A stretch of DNA of 64,000 bases. Origin: Eledone cirrhosa. Lineage: Eukaryota. Position numbers and translations under genes: made by a program. Under the pieces are notes generated by a model that saw only the letters and a list, made by a program, of their open reading frames with translations, made no database searches and was not told the origin of the DNA. Below are positions 14,779-29,167 of the stretch, piece after piece (the stretch's first letter is position 1; each line of letters opens with the position of its first letter). The stretch is taken from contig OZ024747.1 in the NCBI GenBank assembly GCA_964016885.1, positions 85,498,001 to 85,562,000 of the forward strand, written 5' to 3'.

Positions 14779-14994
14779 GTTGCCAATAAGAAACACACGC
14801 ACCAGTTGCTTTCACTTCAATTTATTATAATAAATTTATAATAAATTTATAAATTTATAAATTTATAAATTTCTGGTTGGTTGGTTGGTTCCACAACCAG
14901 ATAGTTGTTTATATATTGTCATAGTTCTTTCGTCACACACATATATATAAATCAAAAATGGCGAGCTGTGTTGTTGCATTTAAGTATAAAAAAA

Positions 14995-15089
14995 TGAAGA
15001 ATTAGAAATAGAAGTTAGGAAAGAAATACCTATGATGCCTAGTAGACAACTGATGATGGATATTCCTAACTTCTATTTCTAATTCTTCA
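14995..15089. repeat. 27 bp inverted repeat with a CTGATGA-containing spacer
   Basis: TGAAGAATTAGAAATAGAAGTTAGGAA and TTCCTAACTTCTATTTCTAATTCTTCA. Confidence 0.75.
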
Positions 15090-15674
15090 GTCTAGTGACG
15101 TGTAACATCACATCAAAGATAAGATAAGCCAGGTGTGACTCTTTACAGGAATACACGTCGGGCCTCCTGCTCCGAGTCGTATGCACCTGTTGATTGGAGA
15201 ACAACTGGCGGTGAGGGTGGCCGTGGCTTTAAACAAATTTTTTTTTTTTAGATTTCTTTACGAGTAACCCCCCCAGAAGTCTCCTCCCTGTTGAGGAATT
15301 TTCTTTTGTTTCAATCTTACATTTTTACTTCTTTTTTTTGTTGTTAAATATTTTCTTTGGATGCAAAACCCCACATTGTACCGTGACGTCATGTACCATC
15401 CTGTGACGTCATGCACCGTCACGTAACGTCATGTACCATTCTGTAACGTCATGTACCGTCTTGTGCCAACTTTAAATGTTTTCTTAATGTCGGCCCTGTG
15501 TGGCTAATAAGGAGATCATTAATCCAGCTGAAGTCAACTTTGCATTTCATCATTACTGGATCGATAAAGAATCAATTAAGTAATGGGATCGATTTAACCG
15601 ATTTTTTCCTCCTTTCAAATTGCTGGCCTTGTGCTTAAATCAGAAACCATTGTTATTTATCAAAGGGCTGTGGA

Positions 15675-15882
15675 TTGGCAGTATCGGTAGAGGGTCGGAC
15701 GCCATGCTTTGCAGCATAGAGTTACGGCCCTTTATGATCTGAGTTCAAATCCCGCCGTGGTTAACTTTGCCTTTCATCCCTACGGGGTTGATAAAATAAA
15801 GTACCAGTCACACACTGAGGTCGATTTAAACACATTCCCCCCCCCCCAAAAAAAAAATTGTTGGCCTTTCAGAAACCATTAT
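15675..15882 (+). mobile_element. SINE family 1
   Basis: A-box-like TGGCAGTATCGG, B-box GAGTTCAAATCC and the conserved central domain. Confidence 0.9.
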
Positions 15883-16979
15883 ATCTCATCATTGTCATGT
15901 GTTCTTCTCCTGTGGTGTTTTTACTCGTTGAACTTTCGCATTCACACGTGAGAGATATATGGGAAAAGAGAAGAAGAGAGTAGGGTCTTTGTTTGTAAAA
16001 ATGAGAGTGCTAGCAAAAAATATAGATAGATGGAGAGAAAGAAAGAGGGAGAGAGTGAGAGAGTGTGAGAGAGTGAGTGAGTGAGAATGAGAGAGAGTGT
16101 GTGGCCGAATAGGAGAGATATGTAGGAGTGAACGTGTGACCGATATAAGAGAAAGAGGGGGGGGGGTATATACGTGTGAATATGATAGATAGATAATTAG
16201 GTAGGTAGATAGATAGATGAATGTAATGTAGAATTGGTGAAGTGATTGAGGGGGCAAATGTAAAAATGATAGTGGGAGAGGAAATGTAAAGAGGGAGAGG
16301 GATGGGGAGAGTAAAAAAGAGAGAGAAAGGGGGGGAATGAGAGGTTCGGTAGAGGTTCGGTGTGAGTGAAAAGTATTTCCGAAACAAAAGATAAACGAGA
16401 ATAACCGAATGAGCGAATGGTGAAATGAAGGAATGAAAAGGTTAAAATTGGGAACGAGTGAGAAATAACAGATATTTCATATCAACTGGAGTAGGAGGTT
16501 GGTAGTGGTGGCAGTGGTGGTGTGAAGGGGAGGAGATACAGAAGTGATAATTTTTTTTTTAAATCCTAGAAGACACTTCAGAGATTGTCTTTCAACTTTG
16601 ACCTGCCAAAAAACATTTCATTGCCATACTTTTATATTCTCTTCTTTCTCTCTATCTATTTTTCTATCATTCATTTGCATTCTATTTTACACTTCCTCTC
16701 CCTCTCTCTATATATCATCCTTCCAACTTTATACTCTCTCTCTCTCTCTTTATTTTTATCATCATTATTTTTTTTTACTTTGTAACTTCCCTCCTTAAAA
16801 CCCTATTTACTCCTTCTTGGAGTTCCTGTTCTTCCCCTATCCGAACTTTCCTGATTAAGGACTTCTGCCCGAAACGTTCAAACCCCCTCCACTTCCACTA
16901 AGCGTGAACCTAATATAACTGTGTACAATTGCCTCCTGTGTTTTGTTCATTCATTTTCACACACACACACACACACACA

Positions 16980-17038
<59 letters not shown>

Positions 17039-17141
17039 TTGGTATACAAGGATGAAATTCATTTCAAGCTGTCGCGTCATATTACTTCTTTAAAACAGGG
17101 ATAACGGAGTATATTTATAGAGGAAAATGCATTCCATTTAT

Positions 17142-17535
<394 letters not shown>

Positions 17536-17587
17536 TAAATTATTGTTTTAGTTATAAGACGTAAACTATATATATACACACACGCGC

Positions 17588-17713
<126 letters not shown>

Positions 17714-19733
17714 TGGAACACAAGTGGTAGGCAGCCGTTTAAAGTGTGGTATGTCACTTTAGTCAGACACTGGATATATCCAGTTCTCTGTATAATTTGT
17801 TAGTGAGAAAACGTATCGTATTTTAGAAATGTCAGTCTTTAGAAGAGACGGGAAGTCAAATACACATGTGTGTGCATTACTATATATGTGTGTATGTATC
17901 ACAGAGAGAGAGAGAGAGAGAGCGAGAGCGAGGCGGCATTCTAATCAGTCAAAGTTTTGTAAAGGTGGGTGGTCGATAAGATGGAGGAGTATGTGACTAG
18001 TTCGTAAATCACGTTTGGTAGTTTGACAGTTACGTTGTTGAGATGAATGACTGTGCACCTGTTTGCTATCAGAGATGATGAAGAGAGTAATAATTGTCTC
18101 TAATCCAAGAACAAGGCAAACAATGCTTGAAGAAGAGATAAATCGATTAAATCTACCCTAGTACTTAACTGGTATTTTATCTTATTGACCCTCCCCACCC
18201 CGGAAGAATGAAAGGCAAAGTTGCCCTCGGCAGGAATTGAACTCAGAAGGTAAAAAATCTAAACAAATAATGCAAAGCATTTGCTAATTCCAACCAGTCT
18301 AAACTGAATCCAAATATTGCAAATAGTAAATACGTTGTGGGTGTAATTCTTACATTGTTCATAATGGTGCTTGTGGTAGAGGCGGTGTCCCTCCTCTGAA
18401 CGCTTGAACGACCGTCACAGGACAGCAGGCTCAATGCTCGTCCATGTTTCTGTTTCGTTTTTTTTTTTCGTCCATGTTTCTGTTTCGTTTTTTTTAGAAG
18501 AAAAGAAAGTTAAAAAAAAAAATACATTTTAAATATTTAGGCCCAATATTGCGACCCCTTTGTCACAAAAAATAACAACAATGCAAAAACTAGAAAATTA
18601 ACCCCTCATGGATCTCACAAAAATACGTTCTCTCTCAGCTTTTTTAAGTAAACCAGTCTAATGTGGTACACGAGTATATGCCTCCTGCTAAAAAGGATAA
18701 AATCGAATTTATAAGTGTCAAATGCCTAAAGCCTCTAAATTATACCGCATTGTCCATTACACGGGTTACCAAAGAACATGTTTCCTAGTGATGCAGCAGG
18801 TTTGGGTCGAAAGGTTGACAGGTGGAGCAATCTTCCCATCTAACAGTTCAACATGTCACCAGAACCGGGACATCCCCAACCTTGGACCAGTAGCACAAAC
18901 ACTAACAAACAACACCCAAAATCAGAAAACAAAACTAATATGTACTAGTGAGGAATATAAACAGGTTATGACAGTACAACATTAACAATCCCCAATCACA
19001 TTTTACAACGCAAACATTCACTGAATGGAGGAAACTGGTCGGTGAAATCATCCACTCGTACATAGATGCCAATAAACTTGGAAACACGTAGATAGATTGC
19101 AAAAGAAAACAAATCGACATTCATTGAATAAAACAGATAAAAACACAATGTAATAACAGAGAACCAGAAATATCAATTATCTAATATGATAATACGGTCT
19201 CTTAGGCTTTACGCCTCAGGAACGACTGCATTAAGCTTCCAATAACCGGGTCCCTGCTTTTGAGTTCTATCTAGGTCGACCATGCAGATCATGAATTTGT
19301 TGTCAGAATATGCGACCGTTTGAAACTGCGGACACCCCCTGGCCTAACCTAAAGAGAAACCTATCAATACAGGATCTAGATGACCGTATGTGATTAGTCC
19401 ATGTCTACACTGACGCATTCGGTAACTCTAGTCGGTACCTGTCTGACTGTTGAAACTGCCTGATCAGGTTCTTGAGATTTTTGCGAGTGTCGTGTATTGA
19501 ACTCGTATTGAGTGATATCTATCAACTGCTGTGTAATTATTTAATCATTTAACGTTAGCCAATCATATCACAATCACGTGTTTCAAGTATGCTCGTGATT
19601 TTTGCTATATATTATGTTTCAGCTAAATAGGGGTACAACATTCTATCCAATAGCTTCAAAGTACGGTCTAAGGGTTTGACCAGTACACAATTCTTTCTGT
19701 CGCCACGGAATTATAGTCAGTGTTATTGGTGGA

Positions 19734-19919
19734 TTGGCAGTATCGGTAGAGGGTCGGACGCCATGCTTTGACGCATAGAGTTACGGCCCTTGCCATTCTG
19801 AGTTCAAATCCTGCCGAGGTTAACTTTGCCTTTCATCCTTTCGGGGTCGATAAAATAAAGTACCAGTAATGTACTGGGTAATTGCTGGCCTTGTGCCAAA
19901 AGTAGAAACAATTATTATT
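19734..19919 (+). mobile_element. SINE family 1, near consensus
   Basis: Full A/B box head, central domain and AT-rich tail. Other copies at ~18095-18250(-), 24925-25133(-), 31240-31445(-), 31470-31550, 31698-31818, 32190-32370, 32645-32830(-), 34378-34592, 34617-34803, 35784-35965(-), 45304-45482 and 57603-57740. Confidence 0.93.
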
Positions 19920-20061
19920 ACATGCTCGCTTCAGTTCAACAGTTCTACAGTTCGACATTTCTACAGTTTATGGGTGCTTCATTGTGTCGAAATAGAAATT
20001 TGTAAACTGCTGTTCCTTGTTCAATTACGTACGCACATCGGGAAATAAACAACACACGACA

Positions 20062-20235
<174 letters not shown>

Positions 20236-20247
20236 GGCATACGTCAA

Positions 20248-20516
20248 GACGGGCGGTCTCAAAAGTGAAACTAATTTTTGACAGATACGATTGTGAATTT
20301 GTTTGTTTTTTTACAACAGGTCTCAATAGTGAAAGTATAATGCAGACACACGCAATTGTATGGATTTCTTAATATATATGTGTGGGTGTGTATATATATA
20401 TATATATATACAGAGAGACAGAGAGGGGGTTATTAATCGAAGCATAGATTTGGAGTAGTGAAGAACCAAGTAGATATACACACACACATATAAACAAACA
20501 CACACACACATATGTG

Positions 20517-20554
<38 letters not shown>

Positions 20555-21178
20555 CACTTTGTCTCGTCTTTCCTTCATCCAACGTCTATCTTCCACGCAA
20601 GCATGGGTTTAGACGTATATATATGTTTCTGTGTATATATATGTGTTTGTGTGTATATATATGTGTGTTTGTGTGTATATATATGTGTCTGTATATATAT
20701 ATATATGTGTATGTATATATATATATTTATGCACACATACACATTTGTATGAATTTGTAGATGTATATATATATGCATGTACACAATTGTATGGTTTTTT
20801 TTTTAAATAATGACATTGTGTGTTGAAATAAATAAATATTGAAAATCCTTATTACACCCTATAAATAGCTGAAATACAGTTGATCATCTCGCCAAACTTG
20901 TTTGCACCAACTCTCTGTTCCCAAAGAAATTAAGGTAGGGTCATAAGAAGGACAGAGAATGATAAGGGATCTATGCTTCGATTAATAACCCCCCCCCCCC
21001 CTCTCTGTCTCTCTGTATATATATATATATACACACCCACACACATATATATATTAAGAAATCCATACAATTGCGTGTGTCTGCATTATACTTTCACTAT
21101 TGAGACCTGTTGTAAAAAAACAAACAAATTCACAATCGTATCTGTCAAAAATTAGTTTCACTTTTGAGACCGCCCGTC
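20248..21178. mobile_element. MITE with ~200 bp terminal inverted repeats (Tc1/mariner-type)
   Basis: GACGGGCGGTCTCAAAAGTGAAACT... at 20248-20449 and its near-perfect reverse complement at 20968-21178, followed by TA. Confidence 0.88.
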
Positions 21179-22204
21179 TATATATAAAGTTGTGTTCGAA
21201 GAAGTTTATCACTGACTATTATATACAGTTGTTTCCGACAGTGACCCTTTAAGCCTGCTAGATTCTTACATGACTTTTGCCAAACCTTGCAAACACATCT
21301 GTTTGTGTGAACCTCAATATGTAGTGTGTGCGCGTTCGTGTCTGTGTTTACGTTTGTCTCCGTGCCTGTGTTAATGTTCCATAATTAGCGGTTCGACAAA
21401 AAGATATCAATAAAATAAGTGCCAGACTTGAAAGTAAAAAGAAAATGTATAATGTGGAAAGTGATAGAATGCTAAACTATACAAAATGGACGGAAAGATG
21501 AAGGTAACGAAAAAGTAAGTTACTTGGTAATCTTTGTTGTTGTTTTTTGTTTTTTGTTTTTTGTTTTTCTTTTTTTTTTTTGTTTCTATCGTCCTAATAT
21601 TTCGGGACTTAAAATTCCCTTCTTCGGAGTATAAGGAACTCTCAGAGAAAATTGTTCCAGTTTCTTCTCTTAGGAATTAAATTTAGATTATTTTTAATAA
21701 TAAAGAAATAAACATATACTGATCGACTTTAAGGCGATGCTCCAGCATGGCAGCGGTTAAATGACTGAAACTAGTAAAAGAATAAAAGAATAAATTAACA
21801 AATGTAAGATATTTAATGCTGATGAAACAATGCGTGTTGTGTTGTAGAGAAAGAAAGATAGAGGCCGAGAGATAAATCAAAGCCGGGCGCCATTTTCTGT
21901 CAGATTAAATGATTTGATTTTGCAAGATTAGTAAGACAAGTGGGACGTATTATATAATGATTTGTAGAGCTATCAAGAGATCTCACATCTTCCACATCAC
22001 TACAGTATCGATCTGTAAGCTGTATATCTTACTAAATCATAATTCCATTCATCATATGTAGATTATCTTCATCACCTTGCTATATACATGAACGAAGTTA
22101 GACGCGATATTTAGCAGGCAAATACTGTATTGTTTATATTGTTTAATATTGATGAGTGCATAAGCAGTTCGCTCCACAATGCCGAGCTCTGTGCCACAAT
22201 AACG

Positions 22205-22512
22205 AGCACCTGTACCACAAACATTGGATACGACCCATTGCCTTGTTGCCGTAAACTTGCTGAAGCATGATCAATGTTTCTGTAACAGACTCCCCAAGTT
22301 GAACGCAAAATGTCACGCTGCCTCTTTGTTCCAACTTCCTGTTTATTACAAAATCGCAGGCTACAGCAAACACGTGATCACAAAACACAAATTTCACAAG
22401 TCAACTTGCGAAATGAACTCAGCGATGTCTCTCGGCGCACTGGCGCACGAAACCACTGTTAGCTCTCGCTGCGCGCGCAACCGTGTGTTGCCTTCTAGTC
22501 AGGAAACTTGTA
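22205..22512 (-). mobile_element. Mariner 5' relic
   Basis: LEQRGSVTFCVQLGESVTETLIMLQQVYG matches a mariner N-terminal HTH. Confidence 0.8.
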
Positions 22513-22524
22513 TGTATATGTATT

Positions 22525-22572
<48 letters not shown>

Positions 22573-23124
22573 CACACACACACACATAAATATACGTTTA
22601 AAAACAGATATTTGAGTGTATATAGTACTTAGTTCTACCCTCCTTATTTATAATTATATATAAACCATATATAAGTATAAATATTGATATTATTACTATA
22701 TATATACATATATATATGTGTGTGTGTGTGTGTATGAAGTGAGTGCGTATGTATGTATATATGGTTAAGTTCAATGGCGACACTCTATTCAATGACAAGC
22801 TTATATATTCCAGATTAAACGTTATTTCCGTTTATTTAATCATGATTTACACAACGTACATGAATAATAAAATCAATCAGTTTTATTCTCTTAAATGATG
22901 TAAGGCTGATTATGAAAGGATTAACTAGCGTAATGTTTAATTAGCATAATAGTTTTAATTAGCGTAATGTTCTTACTTAGAATTATCCAAATGTTGGCAG
23001 TATTAACAAAGCTAAAGAAATGAACATTATTACACTTTAAGACATTTTAGAAAAAACAAAACACAATCTTTAATATTTGATCATTAGTTATCGATAAGAC
23101 TCGGTGATGTACTTGTTTAGCAAG

Positions 23125-23400
23125 CGATTTGATCCGTGTCTGAGTTGAAGCTGTTTGGCAAGTAACTTGATCTGAGAATCTATACTGAAATTGTTTGGCA
23201 TGTAACTTGATCTGAGATTCTGTGTTAAAGCTGTCTTGTAAATAACTTGATCTGAGATTCTATGTTGAAACTGTTTGGCAAGTATCCTGATCTGAGACTC
23301 GGTGTTTTAGCTGTCTTGTAAGTGACTTGATCTAAGACTTGAGACCACGTGTTGAAATTGTTTGACAAAAAACTTGATCTGAGATTGTGTGTTGAAACTA
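23125..23400. repeat. ~42 bp tandem repeat, 6-7 diverged units
   Basis: AACTTGATCTGAGATTC...TTGAAACTGTTTGGCA recurs. Confidence 0.85.
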
Positions 23401-23822
23401 AAACAATTACATCACGGAAGTGTCGTATTGGCCATATTTAACACACAAAAACTGTTAAATACGTTTTACAAATATCAATTTTTTGCAGGGGTGGGGGAGT
23501 AGGGGATAGATGGTAAATGCAAAGTGAATTTTTGAAATAGCAAAATGGCTGTTCCATGATATAATTCTTTTAGCATACTCTTGTGTTTAAAGTAAATGAC
23601 GTCATCTTGTGTCTGTAAAGGCAAAAGACATGTGTCAAAACTCGTTAGAGAAAAAAACAGACGTTTAGCTAGTGACAAGACAACATTATGGGTAGATATA
23701 TATATATATATATGTGTGTGCATGTGTGTATGTGTGTGTGTGTGTATATATATGTATATATATATATGTGTATGTATATATATATATATGTATGTATATA
23801 TGTATGCATATATATATATATG

Positions 23823-23913
<91 letters not shown>

Positions 23914-23917
<4 letters not shown>

Positions 23918-24472
23918 CGTTTCTGAATTTGTTTAGCAAGATTCTTTATCTGAAAACGTGTGTTGAAACCGATATTGTTATACTTTGGGAGGGTCATGTT
24001 GCCAATAAGAAACACACGCACCAGTTGCTTTCACTTCAATTTATTATAATAAATTTATAAATTTAGGAATTTATAAATTTCTGGTTGGTTGGTTGGTTCC
24101 ACAACCAGATGGTTGTTTATATATTGTCAAAGTTCTTTCGTCACACATTCTGTGACCTCTTCAGTGACTGGGGGTTCTTTTCTTTGTTTTTTTTGTGCCT
24201 CTCCTTTGTTCTGTCCTACTCCAAACAATATGGCGTAGGACAGAACAAAGGAGAGGCACAAAAAACAAAGAAAAGAACCCTCAGTCACTGAAGAGGTCAC
24301 AGAATGTGTGACGAAAGAACTTTGACAATATATAAACAACCATCTGGTTGTGGAACCAACCAACCAACCAGAAATTTATAAATTCCTAAATTTATAAATT
24401 TATTATAATAAATTGAAGTGAAAGCAACTGGTGCGTGTGTTTCTTATTGGCAACGTGACCCTTCCAAAGTAT

Positions 24473-24478
<6 letters not shown>
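23914..24478. mobile_element. Solo PLE pseudo-LTR fold-back (same family as 10726-14940) with two HHRs on opposite strands
   Basis: ~245 bp near-perfect arms (23974-24219 and 24235-24478). HHRs at 24126-24168(-) and 24284-24326(+). (TA)n on both sides. Confidence 0.93.
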
Positions 24479-24508
<30 letters not shown>

Positions 24509-25565
24509 AGAGAGAGAGGGAAAAGGAAAGTGAAATGGTGAGTGAGAGAGACAGAGTGAGAGTGAGAGAGACAGAGGGAGAGTGAGAGAGGTAGAGGTTG
24601 TAGGAAAAGGAAAGGGAGAATGACAGACGAGACGAATAAAGTTGGATAAAAGAGAAGGAATAAAAAAGAAAATCTTCCGTTGTTGTGGATTGTGATGGTG
24701 TTGTCTTTGTTTTTGTTGCTGTTGTTCTCCATAATAATTCCATTGTTGCCGTTGTGTAGAACGTTATTGTGCTAATTCCCAGACAAACTATGGATGTGGA
24801 TGTAGATGTAGATGTTCCTGTCTCAAGTAGATGTGCTACAGTGTCAGGAAGATATGGCGTAGGAAATGAAATGGAGGGGGAAGGCAGTAGATATACCAAA
24901 AAACCAAAATAATAATAACATAATAATGATTTCCAATATAGGCACAAGGCCAGTAATTTGGGGGAAGGGGAAAGTCGATTAAATCGACCCCAATACGTTA
25001 CTGGTGCTTTATTTTATCGACTCCATAAGGATGAAAGGCAAAGTTAACCTCGGCGGGATTTTAACTCAGAATGGCAAAAGCCGTAACTCTATGCGTCAAA
25101 GCATGGCGCCCGACCGTCTACCGGTACTGCCAAATGACATAATAATAATTATTCTTATTGTTTCTTTGTTGGCCACAAAGGCCGAAGCACGAAGGACAAT
25201 ACAAAAACTAGGGCTGTGGGGTTTACATAAAATCGAATACAAATGATAACAAAATACATAACAGTAAAATTCTGCAATAATTACCCAGGGATGACTTAGG
25301 AACAACTCAGATCCTAAACCGCCCAACTCTCTAAGAGAACCCAGTGGGAGCGCTCATCTCTTCTCTAATATATATATATATATATATTCTTTATTTTGGC
25401 TCAGTGTTGAGTCTTAAAGAAGGATTAAACACTACTCAGAACTCATTCTCGCGCCCATCAACCGCGTGTTGCCATCTGTGTACATACTACAGAACTAGTC
25501 CGGGAACACATTGATACCATCTCGTATATATATATATATAATATATATATTTAATATAGAAATGG

Positions 25566-25717
<152 letters not shown>

Positions 25718-25753
25718 TGCATGAATATGTATATATATATGTACGTGTGTTTG

Positions 25754-25805
<52 letters not shown>

Positions 25806-26074
25806 GCTAGACTATACCCCCAGAACACAATAACAAATGTGGACCGCCATACAATCATAATAAACAACTTAGAAATCGTGACGTGATAGAAAATATTTGA
25901 CTCATGATTTGTAAAGAAGTTTATTTGTTAGAAATAACAAGTGACACACTCATAGCTAAATGTCACAGGAAAATCAACGTTACATTTTCTTATTCACTGC
26001 TAATCAATATAAAGTTATATTTAGACATAACAACAATAGTTCTTTCCCGTCCTTTGTATTACTTTACTTTCTGT

Positions 26075-26670
26075 GAAGGCGCGTGGCTTAGTGGTTAGAA
26101 TGTTCGGCTCATGACCTTGAGTTAAACATATCTAATATCGTCTGATAAACAGATGCGGGTAGCCCTTCCTTCATTCATTCCTTCTGTCCTTCTTTCCTTC
26201 CTCTCTGTATACTTTACTTTTTGAGAAGGCGCGTGGTATAGTGTTTAGGGTGGTCAGCTCCCGATCACAAGTTCGTGATTTCGATTTCCGGTGGCGTGTA
26301 ATGTCCTTGAGCAAGGTAATTTATAGTAAAATTTAAGTTGTTCCTGTATTTCAAAGGGTCAGCCACGTCCAACATTGTTTCACGCATGGTTTAGTAATTA
26401 ACATGTTCGGTCCGCTGTCGTAAAGTCGTGATTACGATTGCCGATGGTGCGCTGTATCCTTGAGCAAAACACTTTATCTCTCATTGCTCCAATCCTCGCA
26501 GGTAGCAAGAAATAAGTTGTGCAAGGACTGTCCCTGTCACTCGCTGTGTCACGTTAAATCTCCCTGAAAACTACGTTAAGTGTACACTTATCTGATCAGC
26601 AACTTCCACGTTAATTTCACGAGTAGGCTGTTTCGTAGAACTCTCGGAACCGACGGAGATCCAACGGTGT
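26075..26670 (+). mobile_element. Cluster of tRNA-type SINE family 2 copies
   Basis: Head GGCGCGTGGCTTAGTGGTTAG, B-box-like TTCGATT and CORE-like TCCTTGAGCAAG. Other copies at ~42185-42460, 45595-45800(-), 50117-50320(-), 57195-57295, 61640-61765(-) and 63625-63830. Confidence 0.8.
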
Positions 26671-27670
26671 ACTTTCTAACCTTTCTTACTGTCATCCTGT
26701 TCATGAATCAGGGTTGGGTTAAAGCAACTAGGGGTACTGGGTTAGAGATGGGACCCCCCCCCCCTGACTATGAGGCCTGTGACTGCAGCTAACTTAACCC
26801 ATATGTAAATCCGATACTAGATGCTGCATGGCAGAATTAAGAAGTTCGTTTGGCAAACATTAGGTCTCAGTTTCGATCCCACTACACGCGAGGCTTCTTG
26901 GGCAATTACCATAGCCACGGATGAATCGAACCTGATAGATTGTCAAGCAGAATCTCCCTGTGGAATACTCAACCACATACATTATAATATAAGGTGGAGA
27001 GTACTTGAAATTTAAAGGGCTGGTTTTGTCATGCACCGCTGAATCTCATCGGAAATTATGTTACAGGTGTCTATGTACAGGTGTCTATGGAATATTCAGT
27101 CAGTTACACAGACCTGTCAACTTTCCTCGACCTACGGGGACATCTCCCACCCACCTCAAAGTGGGTGGGAGATGTCTGAAAATGGGTATAGTTTTCATTA
27201 TGTAAAATCTCCCCGTTTGGGGCACTTTTTTTCATGGTACTCCCATTTGCGTTTTTAGAGGTTGGCAGGTCTGGGTTACACCATAGTATAGTATCAGACA
27301 TTGTCACGCTAACATCTGCTGAGATACAAGTGTCTCTTTGAATACTCTGCCATTCACACACACATTAATTTCCCCCAAGCAGGCTGTTACGTTGATTGAA
27401 CAACTGGAACACTCACCGTTGAAACAGATGCAGGTCTATTCCGTTCCATTCGTAATAAATCAATACAAAGTTATATTTAGGCTTTACACAACGACTTCTT
27501 ATTTTCTCCCTCCCCCTCCCCGCCATTCCCACTTCATTCTTATTCTCTATTTGCTCGACAACCTTTCTTTCTCTCTCTTATTTATGATGGTTTTCTTTCT
27601 TATTGTCGTTCTTAACCCGAACATATTCAGTATGGTTTTTAAAGTTAATGATATACCAGCAGCAGCAGCT

Positions 27671-27765
<95 letters not shown>

Positions 27766-27790
27766 GGTGATGGCAATGGTAGTAGTGGTG

Positions 27791-27873
<83 letters not shown>
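27671..27873. repeat. (GTA)n/(GTG)n microsatellite
   Basis: Directly visible. Confidence 0.98.
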
Positions 27874-27874
<1 letters not shown>

Positions 27875-28251
27875 CATGTTTACAATGACAATAACTGGTA
27901 TTTTATGTGTTCATGTATATTATTACTATATATAGTAAATACGCTAACTCTATTTTTAACCTAAACCAAGTTTTGCTATAATTAACACAATAGAAATAGT
28001 AAAATATTCACCCTCCTTCCACTCAATGCGACACATACAAAGTATAAGCATTCTTTCAATGGGCTAGTCATTTTGTTAAAGCAATGATATATATGTATAG
28101 AGATATATAGATATATATATAGATGCGTAAATATGTATGTATAATATATATATATATATATATTATACAAATACCATGATAGATTTATCTGTCTTTATAA
28201 CAAATTTTAACCAATCATCTTGACAATACTATCTTCCCATATAAGGAAATT

Positions 28252-28439
28252 CCCCTTGAGAAGTTTGGCTATTTATTTACCAGGCTAAAAATTCTTATTT
28301 AGTCCAGAAATAGCCATCGAAACGGCTTGAGCTCTGCCGTCGGGGTCATACTTGATCCTATTACCCACTCTACTACCCCAAGTATTGAGTACTTTGGTGT
28401 GTTATGGTCCATCTGGTTCCTTACCACAATTCCTTCGTT
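28252..28439 (+). mobile_element. Family F copy retaining a complete but core-mutated HHR (28252-28345)
   Basis: CCCC-UUGAGAA-G..UGGCUAUUU(loop)AAAUAGCCA.C-GAAA-CGGC(UUGAGCUCU)GCCG-UC-GGGG. Confidence 0.75.
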
Positions 28440-28484
28440 ATATATATATATATATATACATATATATATAGATGTGTATATATG

Positions 28485-28522
<38 letters not shown>

Positions 28523-28528
28523 TGAGTA

Positions 28529-28590
<62 letters not shown>

Positions 28591-28592
28591 TA

Positions 28593-28624
<32 letters not shown>

Positions 28625-28630
28625 GATGTT

Positions 28631-28704
<74 letters not shown>

Positions 28705-28706
28705 TA

Positions 28707-28738
<32 letters not shown>

Positions 28739-28744
28739 GATGTT

Positions 28745-28820
<76 letters not shown>

Positions 28821-29167
28821 AAGAAAGTGGGTACCACTTTAAATTTGATACACAAACATACACACAGTACATATTGCTACAATACAAAATTCACTTTTCA
28901 ATCTCAATCTCAAAGTCTCGGGCTTTAACTCTACATTTGATCCTGTAAATAGTTATTTTTCCAAAGTTCTCATACACTTAGTCATATATGTGATTTGTAC
29001 ATAAACGATGGACATTTATATAGTTATATTATAGCGAGATTACTGGGTGTATGAATGTAACAAAACGAGACAATGTTTGTGTATATAATATTTAATTAAC
29101 GGTAGATAGAATACTTGACATGTCAAAGATAGATGTTAGAATGAAACAAAGTTAGTAGTTACCGTTT

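Larger units (their letters stand above)
10726..14940 (-). mobile_element. Near full-length Penelope-like element (probably Naiad clade) with direct pseudo-LTR repeats, flanked by (TA)n
   Basis: Direct repeat 10726-10893 vs 14755-14940. Single long RT-EN reading frame; HHR in the 3' repeat. Confidence 0.96.

Noticed and set aside
18700-19120. Possible BEL/Pao integrase relic (KVGDV-like and PPFS-like motifs on the minus strand)
   Set aside because: Too degenerate to support by eye; needs a translated profile search.
23125-23400. CRISPR-like array (also 32075-32485 and 54660-55202)
   Set aside because: Whole units are homologous, with no unique spacers or cas genes, in eukaryotic context.
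24670-24900. Possible host exon on the minus strand (Thr/Ser-rich)
   Set aside because: Low complexity, no recognisable domain and no convincing donor site.
26075-26300. tRNA genes
   Set aside because: A/B boxes are present but no full cloverleaf, and they run into SINE bodies.
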